A stretch of DNA of 64,000 nucleotides from assembly GCF_006345805.1 (NCBI RefSeq), contig NC_043000.1, positions 16,306,001 to 16,370,000 on the forward strand. The letters run 5' to 3'. The stretch comes from Octopus sinensis. Lineage: Eukaryota. The notes under the pieces were generated by a model. The model did no database searches and had not been told where the DNA came from. It saw nothing but the letters and a program-made list of their open reading frames with translations. Each line of letters starts with the position of its first letter. Position 1 is the first letter of the stretch. The translations under genes and the position numbers were made by a program. Shown here piece by piece: positions 39,375 to 52,341 of this stretch.

Positions 39375-40906
39375 CTGAAGGAAAAGTTTCATGTTTGAGC
39401 AACAGAAGAGTAAAGAAATAATTTTTTAGATAAATAAAATCAACAATTAGATCATTAAGCTGAACTCACAGATAAAAATTTTCCCTTCCATGATCACCAA
39501 CTAGTAAGGATTTAGATATATCTTATAATCTTCTATGTGGATAGAAGCACTCCGTCGGTTACGACGACGAGGGTTCCGGTTGATCCGAATCAACGGAACA
39601 GCCTGCTCGTGAAATTAACGTGTAAGTGGCTGAGCACTCCACAGACACGTGTAACCTTAACGTAGTTCTCGGGGATATTCAGCGTGACACAGAGAGTGAC
39701 AAGGCCGGCCCTTTGAAATACAGGTACAACAGAAACAGGAAGTAAGAGTGAGAGAAAGTTGTGGTGAAAGAGTACTGCTGGAGCCTCGTGGAGCTTTAGG
39801 TGTTTTCACTCAATAAACACTCAAAACGCTCAGTCTGGGAATCGAAACCGCGATCCTATGACCGCAAGTTCGCTGCCCTAACCACTGGGCCATTGCGCCT
39901 CCCAAGGATTAAATACTGAAGCTGGCACATTACTATGCCAGCCCCTGCAGTTCAAGCATCCAATTCAGCCTCCTACTCCCCATCACTCATGAATACAGCT
40001 GCAAGATACTTAACCCTTTCGTTACTGTATTTTTTTTGAGATGCTCTGTGTTTCTTTCAATTACTTTAAATATAACAAAGAATTTAGTAAAATAACTTAT
40101 CATTCAGCTAGTGTTAGGAACATAAATTGTGACTAAGGTTTGGTGGAAGATTTTAATTCAAAACTTATGAAAACAAGACATTTGTACTACAGAGCCAGAG
40201 GCGGTTTCAGCTGGGTTGGTAACGAAAGGGTTAAACTTCTCCACTTAACTCAGTGATGTTCCACTAACATGCAGAATGCACTGAGAGGATTTTCTTGAGA
40301 AGGACCAATATCTCAGTCTTCATAACACTTAGTTTAACCCCTTCATTACCGTATTCATTTTGAGATGCTCTGTGTTTCTTTCAATTAATTTTAGATATAA
40401 CAAAGTATTTAGTAAAATAACTCAATTATCATTAAGCTAGTGTTAGGAACATAAATTATGACTAAGGTTTGGTGGAAGATTTTAATTCAAAACTTATGAA
40501 AACAAGACATTTGTACTACAGAGCCAGGGCCGGTTTCAGCTGGGTTGATATCAAAAGGGTTAAAATAACTAAGAGATGAAATTTGAAGAGTTAGCAATGG
40601 TAGCAGCATTCTCGGTTATTCTTTTAGATTTAATAAATAACAATTCAGGTTAATCAAAACTTATAGAAATTTTTCTATTGAGTTTGTTGGATCAGGTTTT
40701 ACAGAGACAGAGAGAGTTACAAATATTAACACTTCTATCTTATTACCAAGGTAACATGATTGTTTAAAAGAATAAGAGAGAGAGAAAACTCAACAACTAT
40801 TCACTTTCATTGCTAAAAGATTCTCAACCTTCTTATTTCATTCAAGAAATGTTTCCTTCCAAAAAAAAACTCAATTCAATAACTTGGCTGGACAAAACAG
40901 ACTTAC

Positions 40907-41023
40907 TTCTAAGCCACGTTCTTCTCTGGTGCGGTCATCAACTGACTGAACAATGACACTCCAACGACAGTCTGTGTCAGCTAAATAGCCACGGTAGATT
41001 GGAGTCGCTGCACTTAGTGCCAT
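40907..41023 (-). CDS. GCLC: GCLC exon
   Basis: cttcag|[39 protein letters not shown]|gtaagt; 117 nt. Confidence 0.96.
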
Positions 41024-41760
41024 CTGAAGTGTAAGAAAGGTGATTCTCAAGTTAATTAATATTCAGAAATTAACTAATTTTTCAAGAAAAGATTGATACA
41101 AAAAAAAGAAGAATTAAAGAAAAAAATTAGCTAGAATTTTCCAAAATAGTTCCGTTTGTGGCTGCCATTTTGCTATGTTAAACAGAAATGCAATAAGTCA
41201 TCAGTGAAGAAAGCAATTAATTAATTAATTAATGCTTTTTCATCCACATTATTTTGAACTAATCATGCATTATCTTGTAGCTATGAGATTTTGATGAGGT
41301 AGCTGTTAATTTTTAAAACGATATTGTAGGGCTGGTGTGAGAGACCAGATATGGCCAGTTTAAACATAAAATAAGCAGAATACTTTTGGCCGGATATGGC
41401 CAGTTTAAACGCTAAAGGGTTAAACATAAGGAAATAGAGCTGATCTAAGATGTGAATCTTAAGAGAGAGGAAAGATATATTATCTTAAAAACTAATGAAA
41501 TGCTATCAAATATATACAGAGAAAAGGAATAGAATATTTTCAAACATAGACCATACAAAGATCTATAGTACTAAACTATATATACAGTACAATGGTGAAG
41601 AATACAAACTAATATACACTGTACAATGATGTAGAATACTAGCCAATATACAGAGTACAATGGTGTAGAAAACCAGCATATATATATGCACATATATATA
41701 TATATATATAATAAATAAATAAATAAATAAATAATGATGATGATGATGATGATAATGATG

Positions 41761-41802
<42 letters not shown>

Positions 41803-42009
41803 GGGTAAAATTAATTAATTAATTAATTAATAATTCCACCAAGTAGTATTCCGTATGTTAAAAACCATTTACAGTAAATTTAAACAATATTTTACAGAAG
41901 AAGAAATGACTAGGTTCTTTGGCTGCTATTTCTAAAGTTCGGTATGTGGTTAAGCAAAATTTTTTTGCCAACCCTAATTATATTCATAATTATAAAATAT
42001 ATATATATA

Positions 42010-42261
42010 TACAAGATAAGAAAATGGAGAAATACATCTAAATCAAATATCAATTACCAGATAATACTCAATCACATACTTTATTAAACCACCACATAAG
42101 AGACTGTAGGGTTAAACATAAAAAAGCAGAACAAATCAGTGTACATAAAGGAATGTACATAAAAAAGTCTCTTATGTGGTGGTTTAATAAAGTATGTGAT
42201 TGAGTATTATCTGGTAATTGATATTTGATTTAGATGTATTTCTCCATTTTCTTATCTTGTA
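42010..42261. repeat. Perfect 96-bp inverted repeat with a 60-bp spacer
   Basis: 42010-42105 is the exact reverse complement of 42166-42261, checked base by base. Confidence 0.95.
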
Positions 42262-42433
42262 TTAGTAATTTGTGGTAAATCATTTTACCTTCGTCCATAT
42301 AATACAGTAAATAAATTGATTGCATCGCAATCATTAACATTTATGTATTAACTTTGTTGGGTACTTCACTAGCAGTATATTGGATATATGTTATCCCATG
42401 GAGGGTTGCATTTACAACCCCTATCTCAATTTG

Positions 42434-42464
<31 letters not shown>

Positions 42465-42706
42465 CAAACTTGTGTAGAAAAATATTCTGTGCAAACTGTA
42501 GAATGTAGAATGCATTAAATATACACTGCTAAGATAATGTATATTACTGTCAATTTACAAACACAGTACAATGCTATCAGTGAGGGGTAGTATCAAGATG
42601 TATAATGATATTGTTTCAATCACTCAAAATCCAGTGCCCAGGGTTACTATGTATACAGCATAAGATACAACTACGTTTCACTCTTTCATAATGTGTGTAT
42701 CAATAG

Positions 42707-42788
42707 GCAGAGCACCTGGTGGTGCCTATCTCTTCTGATATGGTTGTTTATTTGTTTCTATGTGAGAGGCTCTTCTGCCCTTGGACAG
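42707..42788 (+). CDS. Candidate signal-peptide exon of the nested C1q-collagen gene
   Basis: One frame reads RQSTWWCLSLLIWLFICFYVRGSSALGQ, then a weak phase-0 donor (gtttta) compatible with the exon at 47289. There is no in-frame ATG after the stop at 42606, so a further upstream exon would be needed. Confidence 0.35.
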
Positions 42789-43240
42789 GTTTTATTTTTA
42801 ATTCTGCTGGGTCCCACACACACCTCAATGTAGTATACTGAGTGTGCGTGAGGGCAATGGGCAGTGGGGTTACAATTTAGCTGATGACTTCTTAACTATG
42901 TATATAGAGAGGAGAAGGAATGTAGATGCTATCCAATACACATAAAACAAAAGTGCAAGATAATGTTATTATGTACTAATATACATATATATCTCCCACC
43001 CATGTATGCGTGTTTGTGTGTGCATATATATACATATACTATATATATATATATAGAGAGAGAGAGCAGATACAGCTTGGTACCTGTGACGTCGCACCTG
43101 TGATGTGGGTGGTGTGGAGAGGGGAGGCTGGTATGCATGGGCGACTGCTGGTCTTCCACAAACAACCTTGCCCGGACTTGTGCCTCGGAGGGTAACTTTT
43201 TAGGTGCAATCCCACGGTCAGTCATGACCGAAGGGGGTCT

Positions 43241-43281
<41 letters not shown>

Positions 43282-43420
43282 GAGATTTACAGCAAAACAA
43301 ATGATGAAGACAGGTGTATGAACAACAAACAGGTGTATTAGTTTGATGTTCAGGAAAGTGAGAAAGTCTTATACATTCCGAGCCTAAACTCTACAACAGA
43401 AAGGAATAAGAGAAAATAAA

Positions 43421-43422
<2 letters not shown>

Positions 43423-43470
<48 letters not shown>

Positions 43471-43495
43471 ATGCGTGTGTGTGTGAGAGAGAGAT
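43423..43495. repeat. (TG)n/(GA)n microsatellite, one of many
   Basis: Direct reading. Other tracts include (TG)n 44819-44872 and ~45128-45163, (TAA/TGA)n ~41710-41800 and (CAC/CAT/CGT)n ~55225-55337. Confidence 0.95.
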
Positions 43496-43968
43496 TGAGA
43501 GATCACAGTAACATAATGTAATAAAGTGGCCCTCTGATGATCGATTGTGGTAAAGCAGCCAACTGCACTTGGAACATCCAATGCAGAGGTTTCAAACAAC
43601 CACAACAGTGGAAAATACATGTGAATACATAATATAAACTTGTGCTTATCGCAATTGCTCCTACATTTGCTCTGTATATCATAACTGGTAATATTACAAA
43701 CTACAGTGAGTCAGTGAGCCGGCAGAATCCTTAGCACAGTGGACGAAATACCTTGTGGCATTTTGTCCCATCTTTTACATTCTGAGTTCAAATATCACAA
43801 GGGTCAACTTTGCCTTCATTTTTACAGGGCTGATTTTGCCTTTCGTCCTTTTGGGGCCAATAAAATAGCACTGGGGTTGATTTCATCAATTTCACGTCTC
43901 CCAAAATTGCTGGCCTTGTGCCAAAATTTGAAACTAATATTACTAAGTACAGTAGTAACTAAACCACT

Positions 43969-44173
43969 ACGGTAATCCCTCACCATATCGCGGTTCACCT
44001 ATTTAAGCTTACATCGATTCCTCTGTGGTATTGTTTTGCATTTATAATAAAATAAATATATACAAATTATAAAAATAATAAAAAAAATATACAGTACAGT
44101 TTCAACTTTGTGGATTTTCACCTATCACGGGAGGTTTTGGAACCTAACACCCGCGATAGTCAAGGGATTACTG
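43969..44173. mobile_element. pogo/Tigger-like MITE
   Basis: TA|CGGTAATCCCTCACCATATCGCGG...CCGCGATAGTCAAGGGATTACTG|TA. Confidence 0.65.
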
Positions 44174-44817
44174 TATACTGGAAGCAGATTAGATGACAAT
44201 AATCCACATGGAGTTCTAAACCAACAGTAGCAGTTGTACATCTTTTTTACACACAGGAGTGGCCATGTGGTAAGTAGCTTGTCTACCAACCACATGGTTC
44301 TGGGTTCTGTCTCAATGCATGGCACCTAGGGCAAATGTCTTCTACTATAGCCTCGGGCCGACCAAAGCCTTGTGAGTGGATTTGGTAGACAGAAACTGAA
44401 AGAAGCCCGTCATATATATGTATATATATATATGTGTGTCTGTGTTTGTCCCCCCAACATCACTTGAGAACCGATGCTGGTGTGCTTACGACCCCATAAC
44501 TTAGCGGTTTGGCAAAAGAGACCGATAGAATAAGTACTAGGCCTACAAAGAATAAGTCCTGGGGTCAATTTGCTCGACTAAAGACGGTGCTCCAGCATAG
44601 CCACAGTCACATGACTGAAACAAGTAAAAGAGTAACAGGGTGTGCTGAAAAGTTCCTGCGTTTGGGTAAAAGAAAATACAGGTGGATCAGTTAATTATGA
44701 TTATATTCAACATATCCCCCTCTCATATTCACACACTTACTATAGTGGTCCTTTAGCTTTTCTAAAGCCCTGTAAAAGAACTCGGAAGCCTTTCACAATA
44801 CCCTTAAAGCCAGGAAC

Positions 44818-44874
<57 letters not shown>

Positions 44875-45125
44875 AGTGAAATACTACTCAACATACATTG
44901 ATATAAAAAGGATGTAGAAGGGACAAAAATAAAAAAAAATAATCAAGATTAACAAAGCCAAAAAAAAAATCAAAGAAAACAAGTAATCAGAAATATTTCC
45001 CTCAATTGAAAACATTAGTAAATGTTTTAAAATAAAGTGTTTCACAAACAAAAATCTGACAAAGTATAACACTACACAATATTGTTTTCCATAAGAAAAC
45101 AGAAAATAAATAAAACAAATCATAA

Positions 45126-45165
<40 letters not shown>

Positions 45166-47288
45166 ATGCGCATGTATGCACAAGAAGTAATAAAAATAAC
45201 AAAAAAAGACAAATAAAAATTTTAAAGTCTTAAGACTATCTCTCGTTCCTCAACCCTCCTCTCTTCCTTATGCTTCATGTTTAACACAACTGTTGTGATA
45301 CTAAGAAGATGAGAATTCAAAAAACTCCAAGCATGTTTGGTTAGCGTTATTTTCCTTTCCAAATGAAACAAGACATTGAGTAAGATTTTGTCTTTCAAAC
45401 AATAGACCCTATGTATAACTCCCTCACTTTCTCTCTCCCCTACCATTCACCAACCATCAATGGTGGTGATGGTAGCAGTAGTGGGGAAGGTTTTTATTTC
45501 ATTTATTTATTATTATTTATTTTTTGCCCTGTCTCACTTTTACACGATGGCTCCAGAGGCTTTGCTCAACCGACAACGTTCAGTTTGGAATATAAAATAA
45601 ATAACCCAAAACTAACAGACCAGATCATTGCCCAGTACAAGGACAAGCAAGGGAAGTGAACTTAAAATGAATAAATACTTTTATTTACATCAGTTTCTCT
45701 CCTTCCCCACGCAAAAAAAAAATAAATAAAAACACGTCTATTTACTCCACATTCAAACAAATGTCTCTATTTGTTTCAATTTCCATGGAATATATTGGTG
45801 ATATATCCAGCCTTTTGTCTTTTACATTTTCTTTTTTCTTTTTTTCACTTTAAAAAAAAAAAAAAAGGAGTGATCTGTCGCATATAAATGGTGAGAATTG
45901 CCCTGCCAAGTATCAGAACTGGATATAGGTGCACAAAGTGACGATTGTTAATTCATCTCTGGACTTATATGGCAGGGAAAATTTCTCACCCACTCATCAG
46001 GTAATAACTCAAGAGATTTTTTATACAATGCACTGCAGCATACATACATTGCTCTCTCTTTCTCTTTCTCTCTCTTTCTCACATGCACACACACACTTTT
46101 TGAACTTATTAAGATAACAAGGCAGTCACTTTAAGCTGAAGATAATACCATCATATTTCAAATACAGTCTAGCAAGAATCATAAACCAGGGTGAATGCAG
46201 GTTAAATTTATTAAAAAAAAATAAAAAATAAATAATAATAATAATAATAATAATAATGATAATAATAAAAATAATAATGATGATGATGATGAAATTATTG
46301 TGTATAGTGCTCAGGTGCACTACAACTCATCAAAGGTGCATGCACAGTACATAGAATTATTTACAAAAGTCAGGAAAGTGAACAGTGTATGAGTCATGAT
46401 GTATATGTGTGCATGCGTATGGAGAGGGGATATCAGGTGTAGTGTTGGCAAATTTCAGGAAGCATGGAGGTTTTAAAGGATGCAATGTTCCAGTAATTAA
46501 CAACTGATGCAGGTAGTTTGTTCCATGCCTCAGCAACTTTGAATGTGGGAAAATATTTCTGAAAGTCATGGGAGCTGTGCTGTTTTCTGACTTTGTAGGC
46601 ATGCCCACATGTGTTAGACACATGGAGCTCAAAAAGGTGCTTTGGTTATGATTTTACAATGGCAATTTACTGAACATAGCAAAATAAACACTATGGTGTC
46701 TCTCTGATTATAAAAGTCAAGAGGATAAAAAGTGTAGAGAAAACAAATTCTATCATAGATTCTTCCTTTTTATCATACAAGACAGTGACTGCACAGGATC
46801 ATCAACATTATTGTCATCATCATCATCATTGTTTAACGTCCGCTTTCCATGCTAGCATGGGTTGGACGATTTGACTGAGGACTGGCGAACCAGATGGCTG
46901 CATCAGACTCCAATCTGATCTGGCAGAGTTTCTACAGGTGGATGCCCTTCCTAACGCTAACCACTCCAAGAGTGTAGCGGATGCTTTTACGTGCCACTGG
47001 TACGATGGCCAGTCAGGCGGTACTGGCAAGAAAGGTAATATTTCCCATGACCAGAGATATTTTCATGAAAGACTGGACATGACACTTATTTACAACTATT
47101 AGGCAATGTCCAGACAAGAAGGCCATAACACATACACACACACACACACTCAAAGCCATGTGGTTGAAAAGTAAACTTCCTACCACATTTGCACTTCAAC
47201 AGCAGACATTATATGATAAACATATTGATTGATCCATATATGATAACAATTATCATTGTTAGAATTAATGAAATTATTCATCTTTCAG

Positions 47289-47328
47289 GAAGTGGATGAA
47301 AATGTACCTGATGAAGATGCCAGTTCAG
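47289..47328 (+). CDS. Nested C1q-collagen gene, short exon
   Basis: ctttcag|EVDENVPDEDASS+G|gtaaca; 40 nt, phase 0 to phase 1. Confidence 0.55.
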
Positions 47329-47425
47329 GTAACAACTTATGTCTCTCTAAATTGCGGTCATCTACACTCAACTGGATATTTAATTATCTTGAATTCCTTG
47401 CTATTGTTGTCTAGTCTTCAGCCAG

Positions 47426-47965
47426 CAGCTGGTATTGTCTTTGAGAAAAGTACCTTTACAAACTCTACAAACAACACCGTAGAAACCAAGAACAGAACTG
47501 CTGGAATGAGCTTTTACTTCAACCAAACAGATACTAAGGAAAATATTTCATCGACAAAAATGGAACTCCCTTATCAGGATAAAGATAACGAAGTAAATTA
47601 TTCTACTTCAAATATCAGAATTAAAAACAGAGAGACATTAGATACAACTAACAGGGCTCAAAATTTGCCATTTACTGAGAAGGACAGTTTGAACAAGATT
47701 CTAAGACAGCACAATACAAGGAACACACATCTACCCAAAGCAAGAAATGAAGAGATTGTAATGGACAGCTTGAATGCAATGCCAAATAATTTGAGCATTA
47801 TTGTTGAGACAACCAGCTATAAAATAAAGCTTCCATCAGCAACAGATACAGCACTATCTCCGACTGCACCTCCAGTGTCTAAATATGCAGCAGAGATGTG
47901 TCAGCCGAACACATCAACCCCGATGAATCTGACAGTGAATGTGGCTTCTGCAACAGCTGCGAGTG
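47426..47965 (+). CDS. Nested C1q-collagen gene, Ser/Thr/Asn-rich stalk exon
   Basis: Open frame AAGIVFEKSTFTNSTNN...EMCQPNTSTPMNLTVNVASATAAS+G|gtaagt, with about 9 N-X-S/T sequons. The phase-1 end matches the collagen exon. Confidence 0.75.
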
Positions 47966-48904
47966 GTAAGTCAACTTCATTGCTGTCGATTTTATTTTAT
48001 GTCAGGCTGCAAAAATTATACAGATGAACCAGAACTTTTTCTTCTATGGAAGGAAGAGCAAGCCTTCTTATAATATAATATAATAATGAAATTATTGTAT
48101 ACAGTGCTCAGGTGCACCATAACTTGTCATGAGTCAGATACATGCTTGTGTGTGTATGGAGGGGAGAAAATTAGGTGTAGTGTTGGCGAATCTCAGGAAG
48201 CATGGAAGTTTTGAAGGATGCAGTGCTCCGACAACTAACAACTGATGCCGGCAGTTTGTTCCATGCTTCAGCAACTCTCAGCGTGAAAAAATGTTTCCTG
48301 AAGTCATGGGAGCTGTGTTGTTTTCTTACTTTGTAAATATGTCCACGAGTGTTAGATGGGTGGAGTTTCTTCTATCATACTCTCAATTTTGGTCAACTTG
48401 CGCCACAGGGTCTCGGAGGAGATAGTGTTAGTTGAAGGCTACCAAAACTGCCTCACACAGACAGCTTCAGCTTTATATATAAGAGAGATTTAGTGTGTAT
48501 GCATGTTGTTCTGGAGTGTTAGACAAGGAGTTATCTCCCTTGTCATTTGTTGTGCATGCACACTCAATTTCATGACTACATAGATATACATTCTCTCTCT
48601 CTCTCTCTCTCTCACTCACACACACACACACACACACACACTTCATAGGTACATGCTCTCTTGCACTTACACACGAATTCGTTCATTTCGATAATTATGA
48701 CCCTCATTACGTATTTAAATATTTTCAGCAACAAGAGAGAACAAACTTTGTAAGAAGTATTTATTATTTGTAATTTTAATATTAGACACATTGCCTGCAC
48801 CAGAAGAAGAGACATGAGTGTTTAGACCATATGCACATGATTAGAGTGAATAAAAATGTACCAGTAGATGGTAGCTTTCACAGAGGAAATTTTGGAGTGT
48901 GACA

Positions 48905-49287
48905 TCTTTATATATAAAAGAGAAGTTGTGTCTGTCTCCTACGATTTAGATTCCTAACTACTCCCACATTTTGCGGTGCAGTGTAACCAAAACCGGGTAT
49001 CTTATAGTCGTGATTCATATCGAGCCTTCTGGGTATTAGCACGCGTCTACGATGAGTCTACGATTTAAAAAAAAAATTACCATCATTTTTTTCCATTTTA
49101 ATGCATTTTTCGCTATTATATAAGGGAAGTAACTCTCTAAAAATGTCTACGATGAGTCAACGATTTAAAAAAAATTTACCATAATTTTTTTTTCCATTTT
49201 TAATGCATTTTTTGGCCATAACTCTCTAAAAATGCTTATATAGTTATTTCCCTTACAAACCCGAGCAACGCCGGGCGATACTGCTAG
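48905..49287 (+). mobile_element. Non-autonomous Helitron, family H2
   Basis: A|TCtttatatataaaa at the 5' end; subterminal hairpin cccgagcaacgccggg, then CTAG|T. It carries an internal ~85-bp direct repeat. Confidence 0.8.
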
Positions 49288-50017
49288 TTTATACATAAAG
49301 TTTAGTTCGTCAAGCTAAACTTTCATGTTAAATGTCAAAGCATAAAACTGAATCAACATCTACATTTGAAATTGTACTCTCTTCCCCTTAGCATATACTG
49401 ATATTTCCCATCAAACCACACCTCCACATCTGTTCCCCACTCACTACATTCACCTCTACCTCCATCTCTAACCATTTGTTACCCTCTCCTCACATTCTTA
49501 TAATCCCACCCCTTTTGATCCATTATCCATATCCTCTCTTATGCTCATCTCCTAGTTCCTTGAGGGTTAGTCTAGGCACCCCCATCACTACCAGCTTATC
49601 TTCTCCTCAGCTATACACACCCACCTTTATATAATGTGGGGTAGCCATGTATCTTCTTTATAGCAAGACATCTGCATTTGTCCCTCTGTCATAATTTAAC
49701 TTCCCTACACTTGGTATAAAAGCTATCTCCCTCTTAGCTAAGGGGACTTTTTCTTTTTCTAGTTCTTCTCCTGTCTTGCAAGTTACTTGGTGACTTTACA
49801 AGTGCTGGTGGCACAAGAAAAGCATCTTAACATAGAAAAGCAGAGAACTGAGACATAACTACTTCTCTGGAATCACATGTGTGTATATTCAAAGTATCCT
49901 ATGAAATTATATCTTTATATTTCGTTTTGGGATTTGGTTTGCAAGATTCTTTATATAAGTTCGTGTGTTGAAGCATATACTGTTGTGTCTGGGGAAAGTC
50001 ATTTTCTGTTTGTGCCT

Positions 50018-50183
50018 TATAATGTAACACACTCACTGGTTAAAATTTCCACTTATTTCTTATTTTTATTTTCCTAAAATTTTCGTTGCGTCTTGCAACC
50101 TTTTCAATAGTCTTGATGAAAATTTTACGAAAATAAAAATAAGAAATAAGTGGAAATTTTACTGGTGAGTGTGTTACATTATA
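50018..50183. repeat. Near-perfect ~66-bp inverted repeat with a 33-bp spacer
   Basis: 50018-50084 pairs with 50118-50183, with a few mismatches and one indel; tata at both ends. Confidence 0.88.
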
Positions 50184-50284
50184 TCTTTATGTTTTGACAA
50201 AAAGCAACATCTATGTTTTGAAAACACGTGAGATGTCTGAGTTAAATTTTCTAAAGTATTAATAGATTTATTTTTATTATTCAG

Positions 50285-50883
50285 GTCCTCCAGGTCCTAA
50301 AGGATCTCCAGGTGTTCCTGGTAGAAAAGGAGAGCCAGGTAGACCAGGGCCTATGGGCCCCAAAGGTAGTGAAGGAGACAGAGGCCATCCTGGAATGAAA
50401 GGTGCAGCAGGGAAAACTGGAAAACAAGGACTGAAAGGAGAGAAAGGTGAAAGAGGCATGTCAGGTCGACCTCAATCACAAGCAGCTATGTCGACCATAC
50501 TCACCAAACATTTTGGTCCAGCAGAAGAGGTTATTGTTCCTTTTAACTTGGTCCTTATTGATTCAGGTGACAATTATGACAACAACACGGGTGTTTATAT
50601 TTGCACGATACCAGGCATTTATGTAATGTCCGTGTATATGATGTCTCATCCAGGTTCCATTATCAATGGTAGGATCTACATCAACAACCGGCCTGTTGCA
50701 GCCCTCTGGACAGACGACAATAAAAAGGCAGGGTTCTATCCATCAACAAGCATTCAGATAATCAGTAGATTGGAGTTTGGTGATCAAGTATACATCAAAC
50801 TTGTTAGTGGATATGGTAAAAGCTGGGTGCATGCAAATTATAATGCTTTTTCCATATTTCTTTTGTATGAAGACATTTTCTAA
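50285..50883 (+). CDS. Nested C1q-collagen gene, terminal exon (21 Gly-X-Y triplets plus gC1q domain); otolin-1/CTRP-like
   Basis: attcag|(G)[17 protein letters not shown]...GMSGRP, then [32 protein letters not shown]...[11 protein letters not shown]...[17 protein letters not shown] at 50997-51002. Confidence 0.93.
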
Positions 50884-52310
50884 ATAACCAAAGCTGAATT
50901 TAAATTTACCATTTGGACTCATTGTTCAATACAAAACAATACCATAATGAGTCCTTTTTTTGTAGTAGATATAGTGACTATTGCCATTGCTTCATAAATA
51001 AAGTAGTTTAAATACTAAATTTCTTGAAATTAAACTATGAAAACACCACCACTAGTATTTGTGGTTACTTACCATTCCTATCTCATCTCTAATTGTTCTT
51101 TTCATAAATAGCTTCATAGAAGAATACATTTAACCCTTTAGCTTTTAAACCGGTTATATCCGGCCAAAAGTATTCTGCCTGTTTTATGTTCAAACTGGCC
51201 AGATCTGGTCTCTCACACCAACCCTACAATATCGTTTTAAAAATTAACAGTTACCTCATCAAAATCTCATAGCTACAAGATAATCCATGATTAGTTCAAA
51301 ACAATGTGGATAAAAAAGGATTAATTTTGGCAGAATAATGCAAACACTAAAGGGTTAAATGCATCTCTATATATATAAACAGCAAAATGTCTGTGTGTGT
51401 GTCCTTTATACAAATCCACAATTTTTCAGTTAGAGGACTCGCACTTTCTATGGTCATTCAAAACCGTCCAAGGGTGGTCGTGCACATCTTTACATTTCCC
51501 CAGTCACCCCGCAAAGCCATTAAAATTCAATAGAAATTACTTTTTTGTGAATTTTCTATCGAAAACCCAATGAAAATGCCCGAAACTTGATACACCGATT
51601 GAATGCCAGCTAGCTGTATGTGATTGGTCGGAGATCTGGACAGCACTCACATGTATGTGCGTATGCACGCAGCTGTATATGCATGCGTTGCCGGGTCATA
51701 GTGCTAGCTGTTCGTGAAATGTTTCCTTGCTATATATTCACAGATGCGAGTTACTGTATATAAATGTCACATATCCATTGTTTCATATGTAATAATCTAG
51801 ACTCCATTAATATAGGTCCCAGAAGCCTGGTGTTTTGAACATAGTGCAGGTATGACCACATGGTCAAGAAATTCATTTTGCAATGGTGTGATTGCCGGTC
51901 AATCCTTCTGCTGGGCACCTTAGACAAGTGTCTGCTATCATAGCTTCATGTTGTACGAAACGTAACAAAATTGAGAAGACAGACATTGCGTATAAGCCGA
52001 TCAGATGGACTGTTAGATATCTATTCTTAGGCGGTGGATTGGATACATTCGCTGGCTTAATACCACTACATGGCTCTTGAAAGCCTTCAACAGAGTCCAC
52101 TCTTCAAATTGTTTCAGTCATTTGACTGTGGCCATGCTGGGGCACCGCCTTTAGTCTAGCAAATTGACCCCAGGATTTATTTTTTGTAAGCCTAGTACTT
52201 ATTCTATCAGTATCTTTTGCTGAACTGCTAAGTTACGGGGACCTAAACACACCACCATCGCATGTCAAGCGATGTTGGGGGGACAAACACAAACACACAA
52301 ACATATACAT

Positions 52311-52341
<31 letters not shown>

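Noticed and set aside
50277-50459. Pro/Gly-rich ORF on -
   Set aside because: Antisense shadow of the collagen codons.
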